Origin: Mustelus asterias
Taxonomy: Eukaryota
Direction: 5' to 3'
Length of the DNA: 64,000 nt
Assembly: GCF_964213995.1 (NCBI RefSeq)
Contig: NC_135811.1
Span: 23,498,001-23,562,000 of the forward strand
Under the pieces are notes generated by a model. It worked only from the letters and a program-made list of their open reading frames with translations. It had not been told where the DNA came from and made no database searches. Both the position numbers and the translations under genes were made by a program. Positions 28,153 to 39,306 of the stretch are shown in pieces (position 1 is the stretch's first letter; every line of letters begins with the position of its first letter).

Positions 28153-28454
28153 CTGTTTGAGCAGTGCAATTAAAAAGTCAGACTACACATTATGATACAG
28201 TGGTGTTTTAAGATTTATCGTAATTTTCAAGTGCCACGATAGTGTTTTGTTCGAGCTTACATAGTGCTACAAATGCTTGACTGCATCATCATCTTACCAT
28301 GCCAAGAATGAGATTGAAAAAAGTGATCTTGGTGATGCATAGGATATGGATTTTCCCAGCCTGCTTATTTGGTCAACTAGTTCGCCACCCATCACCAGAC
28401 CTGACTGGATCATAACAAGAACTATTGGGTCTCGTCCTCTTTTGCCCATCGCAG

Positions 28455-29960
28455 AGAAAAGGTGACATCCAGCTTCTTTTTTCCACGACTAAGCATCTCA
28501 TTAATCCCTTTCCCACGTCCCCATTCACCCTCACCAAATGTAAGGAGTTCACGGATTTCTTTATCACTAAGAGTGAGATAACCTATTCAGCAGCTTCTGC
28601 TGGTTGCCCACCACAAGCCAAGCCTCCTTCAAGGATCTCCTAACCTAGCACTGAATCAATTATTTTTTTTCTGATTTCTCTGCTATCTCCCCTCATGTCC
28701 TCTCAAAATCCATCTATCCCTTGATTTGTATAACACTGCATAATTGCATTTGCATAATACTGATCACTCTACTCTTCTTCCAAGCTGACTTTTTATCTAT
28801 GGAGAGGAATCCATTTATAACAACATCCCTTTCACTTTCAAAACCATCACTTTCACTAGATGCCCTATCTTAAACCTTCCTTTCCTCCCCAAATAGATTG
28901 GACATGTTCTTAATTCTAAATTATGTGCCCGTCTTCCCTGCGACACTGACTTAATCACTCCAATCAGTTTTCCAGACAGTGTTGAAATGAGCTTGACTAA
29001 AGTTACAAATGACATCACCCGAGATTGCCCATCCCTGATTCAGAAATTGGTGGCTGCCTTCTTGAACCGCTGAGGTCTATGTGGTCTAGGTCCACCAATA
29101 GTGCTTTTAGGAAGGGAATGCATTCCAAAATTTTGACCTTGTGATAGTGCAGGAACAATGATACATGTTGTATGACTTTGGAGAGGGAATGTAGATGGTG
29201 GTGTCCCCATGCTGTGCTGCCCTTGTTCTTCTTCGTGGTAGAGATCACAGGACTGAAAGGTGCTGTCAAAGGAGCCATGGCAAGCTGCTGCAGTGCATCT
29301 TGTGCATGGTCATTGCCTGACACTTGTGTGGTGGAATGTTACTTGCCATTTATCAGCTAAAGCCTGAATGTTGTCCAGGTTGTGTTGCTTGCAGGCTTGG
29401 ACTATTCCATTATCTGAGGACTACATGCTATACACTCATCAGTAAACACCCCCACTTTGGACCTGATGTTGGAGGGAAGGTCATTGATGAAGCAACTGAA
29501 GATGGTTGGGCCTAGGACACTAGTCTGAGGAACACCTGCAGCAATGTCGGGGGACTGAGTTGATTGATCTCAAACAACCACAACCACCTTCCTTTGTGCT
29601 AGGTATCACAAGTGTGGAATACCTTCACAAGTGTGGAATACCTTCTTATCCTCTCTGCATCCTTTGACACTGTCAACTACCCATCACCATCTCCCTTCAA
29701 CTCTGTGTCTGTTGTCTAACTTAGTCGAACTTCCCGCACTTGGTTCCATTCAACCTATTCAATCATAGTCAGAACATCACCACTAATGGTTTCTCTTCCT
29801 GCTCCTATATCATGATCTCCAGAATCTCCCAAAAATCTATCCTAGGTCCCCCTCTTCTTCCTTGGTTACTAGCTGCTCCTTAGGTGACACAATCTGAAGA
29901 TTCAGGATTAGACTCTATTTATATGCTGACAATACCAGCTTTCTTACCACCTTCCTTAAA
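28455..29960. mobile_element. L2-like remnants (plus) interrupted by an old minus-strand LINE (~29030-29605)
   Basis: KCKEFTDFFITK; SLTKVTNDI; SAS(F)DTVNY; PQKSILGPPL-like RT motifs. Confidence 0.6.
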
Positions 29961-30094
29961 ACTGACCCAGAACAAACATTTCGGTAACCAAATCTCTCTT
30001 TTTGGCCTACTGCATCCAGTTGAGTCTGATTACACCTCTGTAAAGATCCTTGGCGTGTCTTCTACTTTAAAAGATGCCATTTGTTCCCAATCAA

Positions 30095-30866
30095 AATTTG
30101 TTCTCAACGAGATAGAGAATTTGGTGAATTGATGCGACGACAATAATCTCTCCCTCAATGTCAACAAAACAAAGGAGATTGTCATCGGCTTCAGGAAGTG
30201 TAGTGGATAACATGTCCCTGCCTACATCAATGGGTATGAAGTAGAAATGGTCCAAAGCTTCAAGATTTTGGGTGTCCAAATCACCAACAACCTGTCCTGG
30301 TTCCCCCATGCCGACACTATAGTTAAGAAAGACCACCAATGCCTCTACTTTCTCAGAAGACTCAGGAAATTTGGCATGTCAACTACAACTCTCGTCAACT
30401 TTTACAGATGCACTATAGAAGCATTCTTTCTGGTTATATCACAGCTTAGTATGGCTCCTGCTCTGCCCAAGACGACAAGAAACTACAAACGGTCGTGAAC
30501 AAAGCCCAATTCATCACGCAAACTAACCCCCTATCCATTGACTCTGTCTACACTTCCCGCTGCCTCGGCAAAGCAGCCAGCATAATTAAGGACCCCACGC
30601 ATCGCGGACTCTCTGTACTCTCTTCCACCGGGAAAAGATACAACGGTCACGTACCAACCGACTCAAGAACAACTTCTTTCCTGCTGCCATCAGACTTTTG
30701 AATGGGCCTACCTTGCATTAAGTTGATTTTTCTCTACACCGTAGCTATGACTGTAACACTACATTCTGCACTCTCTCATTTCCCCCTCTATGCTCTGTCT
30801 GTATAGCGCGCAAGAAACAATACTTTTCACTTATCCTAATACATGTGACAATAATAAATCAAAATC
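30095..30866 (+). mobile_element. Rex1/Babar-type LINE 3' end
   Basis: CDDNNLSLNVNKTKEIVIGFRK; FKILGVQITNNLSW; LYFLRRLRKFGMS...FYRCTIE; AATAAATCAAA tail. Confidence 0.88.
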
Positions 30867-32634
30867 AGGCTATCATATTCCATTACTGAATGAGGATAAA
30901 CTTAATTGAACGTGGGCAATACTGACAATTAAATTCGGGCTTTGAAAAATCTCATTCTACAAACGTTCCAGCCATGGTTATTTGCTCCTGGTGAAGTTAA
31001 GTCAGTTGCAATTATCCAGCCAGGGAACTGAACATTTGTAGCCGAAGTGTTTTTAAGCATTATAAAGCAAAGTTGGCTGGCCAATATTATAAAGTGAAAG
31101 TACCTCAGGCTATATGCGAGATTCCCATGACTGAACATTGATTGTCAATTCTGCTAATCCCGATTATCAGTGCTTAACCACTATTTGGTTTTTTTTCCAG
31201 CTGCAGCTACTGCCCTATAGTTTACAAGGTTCTTAGCAAATGCATCACTTCTGATGACATCTACCCGAGAAACAGTGAGGTCAAATATAAACTGGAGACC
31301 TTTAAGTACGACACAGACAAACAACTTTTTAAAAAATTCAATCATGATCTAATACTATTTGTATTGTCTGAAGAAATCACACAATCACTTAAATCCATAC
31401 GAGATGTGCCAGTAAAAGGTCAGATTCGGAATAAGGTAGAATGACACTTTGCAATATTGAACGGTTAAGGGTAGCCTGTGTTTAATGGGAAGAGTCATTC
31501 CATTTCCAGACCAAGATGTGACCATTTTGCTGTGAAATCAGAGAGCAGGCTCTTGCAATTATGATCAAGCAATAGCTTCACATTCACTATGGATTTCAAT
31601 CCTTTAGATACAACAGCAACAATGCTCGTTTAAAGAAGCCAATTGAGAGTGTATCAGAGCCAAGTTTGATCTCGTCTTGCTGACATCCACATAATGCACT
31701 TCCAGAAAATACAGACATAGGAGGCCTTTCAATCCTTTATAGTTCAATCAATACAGGAAACAAATAGCTCTCCTATCACATCATCGAACTGGAAATTGAA
31801 TGAATACAAGCGTTTCACCTTCACTGGCTTAACATTTCAAGTGTCAATCACAGTCCTCCTTGGCATCTCCGCTAAATGGTCCTTTCACCAGTTAAACCTC
31901 CCTTGTTCCAGTGCTCTAACTTACTCCTACTACTCCGGATTGAATTTTCATATGCCAAACAATATTTTAAACTCCTTACAGTCCCCTCTGCATCACATCC
32001 TTTCAAGCAACAAGAGGCTCCAATTTCCACGTTCCCCCACCCCCATAACAAATCATTCATCGAATCTCAGTTTATCTTGTCTTGAAATACCAAAACCAGT
32101 ACAATATGCGAGGAGCAATTTTATCTGTACTTTCTTCTTGTATTTCTAACCTCCAGCATATATGTCATGTGTACGTTAAAGATAAAAACACACATTTATA
32201 CAGCACCTTTCACAATGTCCTCAAGCATTTTACAGCCAAAAAACCGAGCAGCATAAAGAAGTATAGCAAGGTCTCAAGATGAGCAAAGATAATTTGTCTT
32301 TGAGTCATTATGGTTGAAAGATAAAACTGGCCAGAATAAAAGAACTCACCGTCTCTTCTCGCAATTGTGTTCAATCTGCATCTTCATTGCTCTTTGCAAG
32401 ATTGTGCTGTGTGCAAACTGGCTGCCATGTTTTCCTATATTACAATTACTACACTGCGAAAGTGATTGTGAAACATTTGCTGTCCCATGGTCAGGAAGAG
32501 AGTTATAAATGCAAGTTCTTTGTTTTGAATGTTAGCACTTAAACAAAAAATGCATAAACCCCCTGAAATTTAAAATCCCCCCATCTTTGTGTTCAAATGT
32601 CCCCATGGCCTCATCCCTACCTATCCCTAAACTT

Positions 32635-33800
32635 GGGAAAATGCTGGAATCTGTTATTGAGGAGGTAGGAGCGGGACATTTAGAAAATCACAATACTTTC
32701 AGGCAGAGTTAACGTGCTGTCAAAGGAACCATGGCAAGTTGCTGCAGTGCATCTTGTGCATGGTCATTGCCTGGCACTTGTGTGATGGAAGGGAAATCAT
32801 GTTTTATAAATGCAGTAAGAATTCTTTGAGGATGTGACAAGCCGAATAGTTAAAAGGAAACCAGTAAATGGATTTCCAATATACATTCGATAAGATGCCA
32901 CCGAAAAGGTACAAGAGCTCCGAGGATTGACCAACTAACAGGAATCAAGAGTCAGGATAAAGGCTGTGACGAAGGGTCATCCAGACTCAAAATTTTGGCT
33001 CCATTCTCTCTCCACAGATGCTGTCAGACCTGCTGAGATTTTCTAGCATTTTCTGTTTTCGTGTCAGGAAAATGGGGTAATTTTCAACTCGGCAAACTAT
33101 AACTAGTGGGTTGCTACAGGGATCACTTCTTGGGCCTCAACTAATCACAATCTATGTTAGTGATTTTGATACAGGAACTGACTGTATTATGATTTTCTGA
33201 ATCACAAAAAAAGTTAACAAGTAATGGGGAAAGCAAATGTAATATTGGCTTTTACTGCAAGGGGGATAGAGTTTAAGAGTAGGGAAGTCTTGCTATAACT
33301 GTACAGTGCATTGATGAAACCACACCTCGGATGCTGTATACAATTTTATACTCCTTAAGGAGAGATGTACTCGCATTGGAAATGGTTTTGAGAAGAGGTT
33401 GCCTTATGCAGAAAGGTCAAGCAGGTTGGACTCACGCTCATCGGAACTCAGAAGAATGAGGGGTGATTTTCCTGAAACGTAAAAGATTCTGAAGGGCTCG
33501 ATAGGGTAAATGCTGAATGTTTCCTCTCACGGAGGAATCGAGAACTAAGGGATACAGTTTCAAAATAAAGGATTACATATTTGGACTAAGGGTAGGAGGA
33601 CTTTCTTCATATCGAGGGTTGTTAGTCTTTGGCATTCTCTCCCCTAGACAGCAGTAAGGCTGGGTCATTAAGAACATTCCGAGCTGAGTTTGATGGGGTT
33701 TTTTGTAAATCTCCAAGTGAGTCAGATTTTGGGAGGCAAGCAGGAAGGTGGAGTTCAGATCCAGATCAGCCATGATCTTATTGAATGATGGAGCAGGAAC
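32635..33800 (+). mobile_element. Degraded CR1-like LINE
   Basis: GKMLES..., EFKSREVLL.LYSALMKPHL; CR1 3' UTR GATCAGCCATGATCTTATTGAATG. Confidence 0.75.
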
Positions 33801-34724
33801 ATGGAATTTAGGAGCAGGACTTCCCATGTGGCCTTTCGCCCTGTTCCATCATCATTCAATAAGATTGTGGTTGATCTGGTCGTGATCTCACCTTCTTTCC
33901 TCGAGTCCTGTCGAAGGATCATTTAGATTTGAAATGTTAAATGCTCCACAGATGTTGCCAGACCCACCGAATTTATCCAGCATTTTCTCTTTTTATTCCA
34001 CTTTCCTGCCTGCCATCCATAACTCTCAACTCTGTTGCCTTTCAAAAATCTATCCAACTCAGCCTTGAATAAATTGACCCAGCCTCCACTGCTTTCTTGG
34101 GAAGAGAATTCCACAAGACTATTAACCAGAGGAATGCCCCTCTCGATCTTACGTATTTCAGTAAGATCACTTCTCATTCTTCCCACCACCACTGGGTATC
34201 AGCCCAACCTGCCCAAGCTTTCTTCATAAGACCCAGGACTGAGTCGAGTGAACCTTCTCCAAATTGCAGGCTTGAGGGGGCAAACGGCGTAATCATGTCC
34301 CTATTTCTTTTTATGTAACGTTTTTTGATCCAATCCTACAATTCTCCAGATTGTACAGATGGCACTCTTATTTCCTTCCAAGGTACAAAACCTTGCACTT
34401 GTCTGCATTGCTACCATTCTGTCATTTAGGTTTCATTAAATTGAGGCGATTGTACCGATTAACATGTTGGCCAATTGTAACCCAAAGTTTGAGGCCTACT
34501 ATTCATTTGAAATCAGGTAACTGTTGATCAGGGTCCAATCTGGAATCTCCCCAATTTGCCTGGCTCAGCGTCACATCATTATATAGTGTAGTTACTACCC
34601 GTCATCAATCAGCTTATACCAGTTTTGTAATAAAATAATAGAGAAGTTCAAATACCCATCAATGCCCCGTAGACAAGCTGCAGCATTCCCTTCACCAGTT
34701 CTGCAAGTTTTCCAAACAAATATT

Positions 34725-36560
34725 TCTCGTCGGTATTTACCGTGGAGAAAGACATGGAAGCTAGAGAACTTGAGGAAGTAAATAGTGATGTCTTGAAAAG
34801 CATCCACATTACAGAAGAGGTCTTAAAATGCATTAAAATAGACAAATCCCCAGGACCTGATCAAATGCACCACAGCATGGCGACTTCTTGCAAGCTGTGC
34901 CCAGTATATCCTCTAATTCTCTCTTTTACTCTTGTTCTATGCTTTTAAAATTCTATTCTAACTCTTTTAAACTGTAACTTACCGCATATTAAGTTGATCT
35001 TTTTCTACATCCTAGCTGGGCAACCTCTCCTTTCCTTCTCTATCTAAGCTATGCTTTGTCCGTATAACACGCAAGAAACAATACTTTGCACTGTATACTA
35101 ATACATGTGACAAATAATAAATCAAATCAAAGTGTATCCCAGGACATTGTGGGAAATGAGGAAAGAAATTGTGGGGCCCCTAACGGAGATATTTGATCAA
35201 CATCCACAGGTGAGGTGCCGGAAGACTGGAGGGATATAAATGTTGTGCCGTTATTTAAGAAACGCAACAGGAAAAAGTCAAGGAACTACAGATTGGTGAG
35301 CCTGTCAGTGGTGGTAAGTTGTTGGAGGAGATGCCAAGAGGCACGAATCTACATGCATTTGCATAGGCAAGGACTGATTAGGGATAGTCAGCACAACTTT
35401 GTGCATGGAAAATCATGTCTTACAAATTTGAAAGTGTTTTTTGAAGGGGTGGCCAAGAAAACAGATGTGACCAGTGTGATATATGTTGTCTACATGGACT
35501 TTAACAAGGCACTGCATGGCAGACTGGTCAGTAAGGTCAGATCACATGGGATTCAGGGAGAACTAGCCAACTGGATACAAAATTAGCTTGCCGGTAGGAG
35601 ACAGAGGGTTGTTTTTCAGGCTGGAGGCCTGTGACCAGCAGATGTGCTGCAAGGATCGGTGCTGGATCCACTGTTGTTTGTCATTTCTATAAAAGCTTGG
35701 ATGAGAATATAGGAGGCATGGTTAGTAAGTGTGCAGATGACACCAAAATTGGTGTAGTGGAAAGTGAAGATTATCCAAGACAACAGGATCTTTGGGCAAC
35801 TGGGCCAGTGGCTGAGGTATGACAGATGGAGTTTAATTCAGATAAATGTGAAGTGCTGCATTTTGGTAAGACAAATGAAGGCAGGACTTACACAGTTAAT
35901 GGTAAGGCCCTGGGAAGTGTTGTTGAACAGGTGTGCAGGTACATAGTTCCTTGAAAGTGGTGTCACAGATAGACAGCGTGGTGAAGACAGCATTTGGCAT
36001 ACTTACCTTCATTGGTCAGATCACTGAGTACAGGAGTTGTGACATTATGTTACACCTGTACAAAGCATTAATTAGTAAGGCCACATTTGGAGTACTGTGT
36101 ACAATTCTGGTCACTGTGCAATAGGGAGGATGTTATTAAACTGGAAAAGGTGCAAAAAAGATTTACAATGATCTTACTGGGACTGGGAGATTAAATTATG
36201 AGGCTGGATAGGTTGGGACTTTTTTCTCTGGAGTGTAGGAGGATGAGGGGTGACCTTAGAGGTTTATAAAATCATGAGGCGCATAGATAAGGTGAATTGC
36301 CAAGATCTTTTCCCCAAGGTAGGGGAGTCCAAAACTCAAGGGCATAGGGTTAAAGTGAGGGGAGAAAAGATTTAAAAGGGACCTAAGGGCCAATGTTTCC
36401 ACACAGAGGGTGGTGCATATATGGAATGAGTTGGTGGTCAAAGCAGGTACAATTACAACATTTGGACAGGTACATGGATGGGAAAGGTTAGAGGGATATG
36501 GGCCAAACGCGGGCAAATGTTCAGTTTAGAAAACCTGTTCCGCATGGACAAGTTGGGCCA
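34725..36560 (+). mobile_element. CR1-like LINE ORF2 remnant with Rex1 fragment inserted at ~34867-35130
   Basis: KSPGPD, PEDWRDINVVPLFKK, DSQHNFVHGKSCLTNL, VYMDFNKA, KCADDTKIG motifs. Confidence 0.9.
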
Positions 36561-36898
36561 TAGGGCCGGTTTCCACATTGTATATATCTATGACTTTATG
36601 CAGAAATTGAATGAATTAAAAAAACCTTGTAAAGCAATTAACACTTTTAAAAATCGAAGCAGGTAATATTTTAATTACTGCTTCCATACCAGGAGATGAG
36701 AAACAATGCAATATCCAGCTATGCCAACTCACAAAATGAAGGATTGACCATTTGTTCCGCAATATGGATTTTACTCCTCATTAGGTTTCCAGGAAATGTT
36801 CTTTAAAACACTGATGTTAAACACACTTTAGGAGACAGAAATCATTAACTATGCTGCTGAACGCAATGGTGCAGACAAAGGTTGTAAGACGCGTGTAC

Positions 36899-37031
36899 CT
36901 TTCAAAAGCTTAGTTTTCAGGAGGTTCAGCACATCTGCTGAAGTGGGGCCCTTCTTTTTGTGAATGGCAAAGAGCCCATTGAGACTCTGCAGCTTCTCAG
37001 CCAGAGCCACAGTGCTGGAGCCCGCCGCCAT
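36899..37031 (-). CDS. TRUB1: TRUB1 coding exon 1 (133 nt)
   Basis: ATG at 37031 in context AACATGG; translates [44 protein letters not shown], matching TruB motif I (G.F...K.KGPTS); GT donor at 36898-36897, phase 1. Confidence 0.95.
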
Positions 37032-37054
37032 GTTGCTTCAGGACTAACCCTCAG

Positions 37055-37110
37055 CATCGCCACCACGTGACCGGGTCGCCTCCTGGTGCATCCTGGGACT
37101 TGTAGTCCGC
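37055..37110 (-). promoter_or_regulatory. TRUB1 proximal promoter: E-box (GTCACGTG) and ZNF143/THAP11-type SBS motif
   Basis: CACGTG at 37064-37069; minus-strand GGACTACAAGTCCCAGGATGCA at 37108-37087 fits the ACTACAnnTCCCA..ATGC consensus; locally CpG-rich and just upstream of the ATG. Confidence 0.7.
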
Positions 37111-37116
37111 CTCCCT

Positions 37117-38115
37117 GAGACAGCCAGCACCGCGCCCCCTGATTGGAGAATTCAGTCACAGAGACAGCACCGCGCCTCCTGATTGGAGAATTCAGAGTAA
37201 GAAGTCTTACAACACCAGGTTAAAGTCCAACAGGTTTATTTGGTAGCAAAAGCCACACAAGCTTTCGGAGCGCTTGCTGCTCCTTCGTCAGGTGTGTGGG
37301 ATTTCTGTTCACAAACAGGGCCTATAAAGACACAAACTCAATTTACAAAATACTGCTCTGCCCAAAACCACAAGGAATTACAAAAGGTCGTTAATGTAGC
37401 CCAATCCATCACGCAAACCAGCCTCCCATGGAATGTGAGTCTTTACAGGTAATCAAATCTCAAAGGTACAGATCTGTGCCTTTGAGACTTGATTACCTGT
37501 AAAGACTCACATTCCAACCATTATTTTGTAAATTGAGTTTGTGTCTTTATATGCCCTGTTTGTGAACAGAACTCCCACTCACCTGACGAAGGAGCAGCGA
37601 GCGCTCTGAAAGCTAGTGGCTTTTGCTACCAAATAAACCTGTTGGACTTTAACCTGGAGTTGTGAGACTTCTTACTGTGTTTACCCCAGTCCAACGCCGG
37701 CATCTCCTCATGGAGAATTCAGACACAGAGATAGCACCGTGCCTGCTGATTGGAGAATTCAGTCACAGAGACGGCAATGCGACCCCTGATTGGCGAATTC
37801 AGACACAGACAGCAGTGCGAGCCTGATTGGAGAATTCAGTTACAGAGACAGCAGTGTGACCCCTGATTGGAGAATTCAGCCACAGAGACAGCACCGTGCC
37901 CGCTGATTGGAGAATTCAGTCACAGAGACAGGAGTGCGACCCCTGATTGGAGAATTCAGATACAGCAGTACGATCCCTGATTGGAGAATTCAGTGGCAGA
38001 GACAGCAATGCGACCCCTGATTGGAGAATTCAGACACACAGGCAGCACCATGCCCCCTGATTGGAGAATTCAGCCACAGATTCAGTACTGCGCCCCCTGA
38101 TTGGAGAATTCAGAC
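37117..38115. repeat. ~40-bp minisatellite with near-invariant core CTGATTGGAGAATTCAG (inverted CCAAT box); 12 full cores, interrupted at 37197-37710
   Basis: Cores start at 37139, 37179, 37746, 37786, 37823, 37863, 37903, 37943, 37977, 38017, 38057, 38097; period mostly 40 bp, with one unit of 37 and one of 34. Confidence 0.95.
37197..37710. mobile_element. Penelope-like element end arranged as a long inverted repeat (hairpin)
   Basis: Arms are reverse complements centred on ACAGATCTGT (37468-37477); same terminus (AGTAAGAAGTCT.ACAACACCAGGTTAAAGTCCAAC) as the GIY-YIG-bearing copy at 49278; flanked by TGGAGAATTCAGA at 37184-37196 and 37711-37723. Confidence 0.8.
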
Positions 38116-38184
38116 ATTGAATTTAAGAATTTCAGAATTTATTTATTAGTGTCACAAGCAGTCTTACACCAGCAGATAGTCTTA

Positions 38185-38992
38185 CATCAGGAATGAGATA
38201 GAGAATCTGGTGAACAGATGCAGCAACAATAATCTCTCCCTCAATGTCAACAAAATGAAGGAGATTGTCATCAACTTCAGGAAGCGTAAAGGAGAACATA
38301 CATGTCTACATCCCTGTCTACATCAATGGGGACGAAGTAGAAAGGGTCAAGAACTTCAGGTTTGTAGGTGCCCAGATCACCAACAAACTGTCCTGGTCTC
38401 CCCATGCTAACGCTATAGTTAAGAAAGCCCACTAACGCCTCTACTTTCTCAGAAGACTAAGGAAATTTGGCATGTCAGCTACTACTCTCACCAACCTTTA
38501 CAGATGCACCATAGAAAGCATTCTTTCTGGTTAGTATCACAGCTTGGTATGGCTACTGCTCTGCCCAAAACCACAAGGAACTACAAAAGGTTGTAAATGT
38601 AGCCCAATCCATCACGCAAACCAGCCTCCCATCCATTGACTCTGTTTACACTTCCCGCTGCCTCGGCAAAGCAGACAGCATAATTAAGGACCCCACACAC
38701 CCCGGACATTCTCTCTTCCACCTTCTTCTGTCAGGAAAAAGATACAAAAGTCTAAGGTCACGTACCAACTGACTCAAGAACAGCTTCTTCCCTGATGCTG
38801 TCAGACTTATGAATGGACTTACCTTGCATTGAGTTGATCTTTCTCTTCACCCTAGCTATGACCGTAACACTACATTCTGCACTCTCTGGTTTCCTTCTCT
38901 ATGAACGGTATGTTTTGACTGTAAAGCGCACAAGAAACAACACTTTTCACTGTATACTAATACATGTGACAATAATAAATCAAATCAAATTC
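38185..38992 (+). mobile_element. Rex1/Babar-type LINE 3' end
   Basis: CSNNNLSLNVNKMKEIVINFRK; LYFLRRLRKFGMSATTLTNLYRCTIESI; (AATCA)n tail. Confidence 0.9.
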
Positions 38993-38999
38993 AACACTG

Positions 39000-39304
39000 C
39001 AATGAAGCTACTGTGAAAATCCTCTAGTTGCCACACACCGGCATCTGTTCGGGTATACTGAGGGAGAATTTAGCATGGCCAATCCACCTAACCAGCATGT
39101 CTTTCGTACAGTGGGAGGGAACTGGAGCACCCGGAGAAACCCCACACAGACACAGGGAGAATGTGCAAACTCCACACAGACAGTGACCCAAGCCAGGAAT
39201 CGAACCTGGGTCCCTGGCTCTATGAAGCAGCAGTGCTAACCACTGTGCCACCGTGCCATCCCCACTGTGCTACCGTGCCGCCCCACTGTGCTACTGTGCC
39301 GCCC
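39000..39304 (-). mobile_element. HE1-related SINE with triplicated 5' end
   Basis: Reverse-complement HE1 head and V-domain; CCACTGTGC.AC.GTGCC three times at 39240-39304. Confidence 0.85.
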
Positions 39305-39306
39305 AT

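Noticed and set aside
29608-29645. 19-bp tandem duplication CACAAGTGTGGAATACCTT
   Set aside because: Ordinary slippage or junction duplication between two old LINE fragments; no further structure.
37117-38115. CRISPR-like pattern of an invariant, partly palindromic repeat with variable spacers
   Set aside because: The linkers are diverged copies of one another, the core is only 17 bp, there are no cas genes, and the context is a vertebrate promoter; it is a minisatellite.
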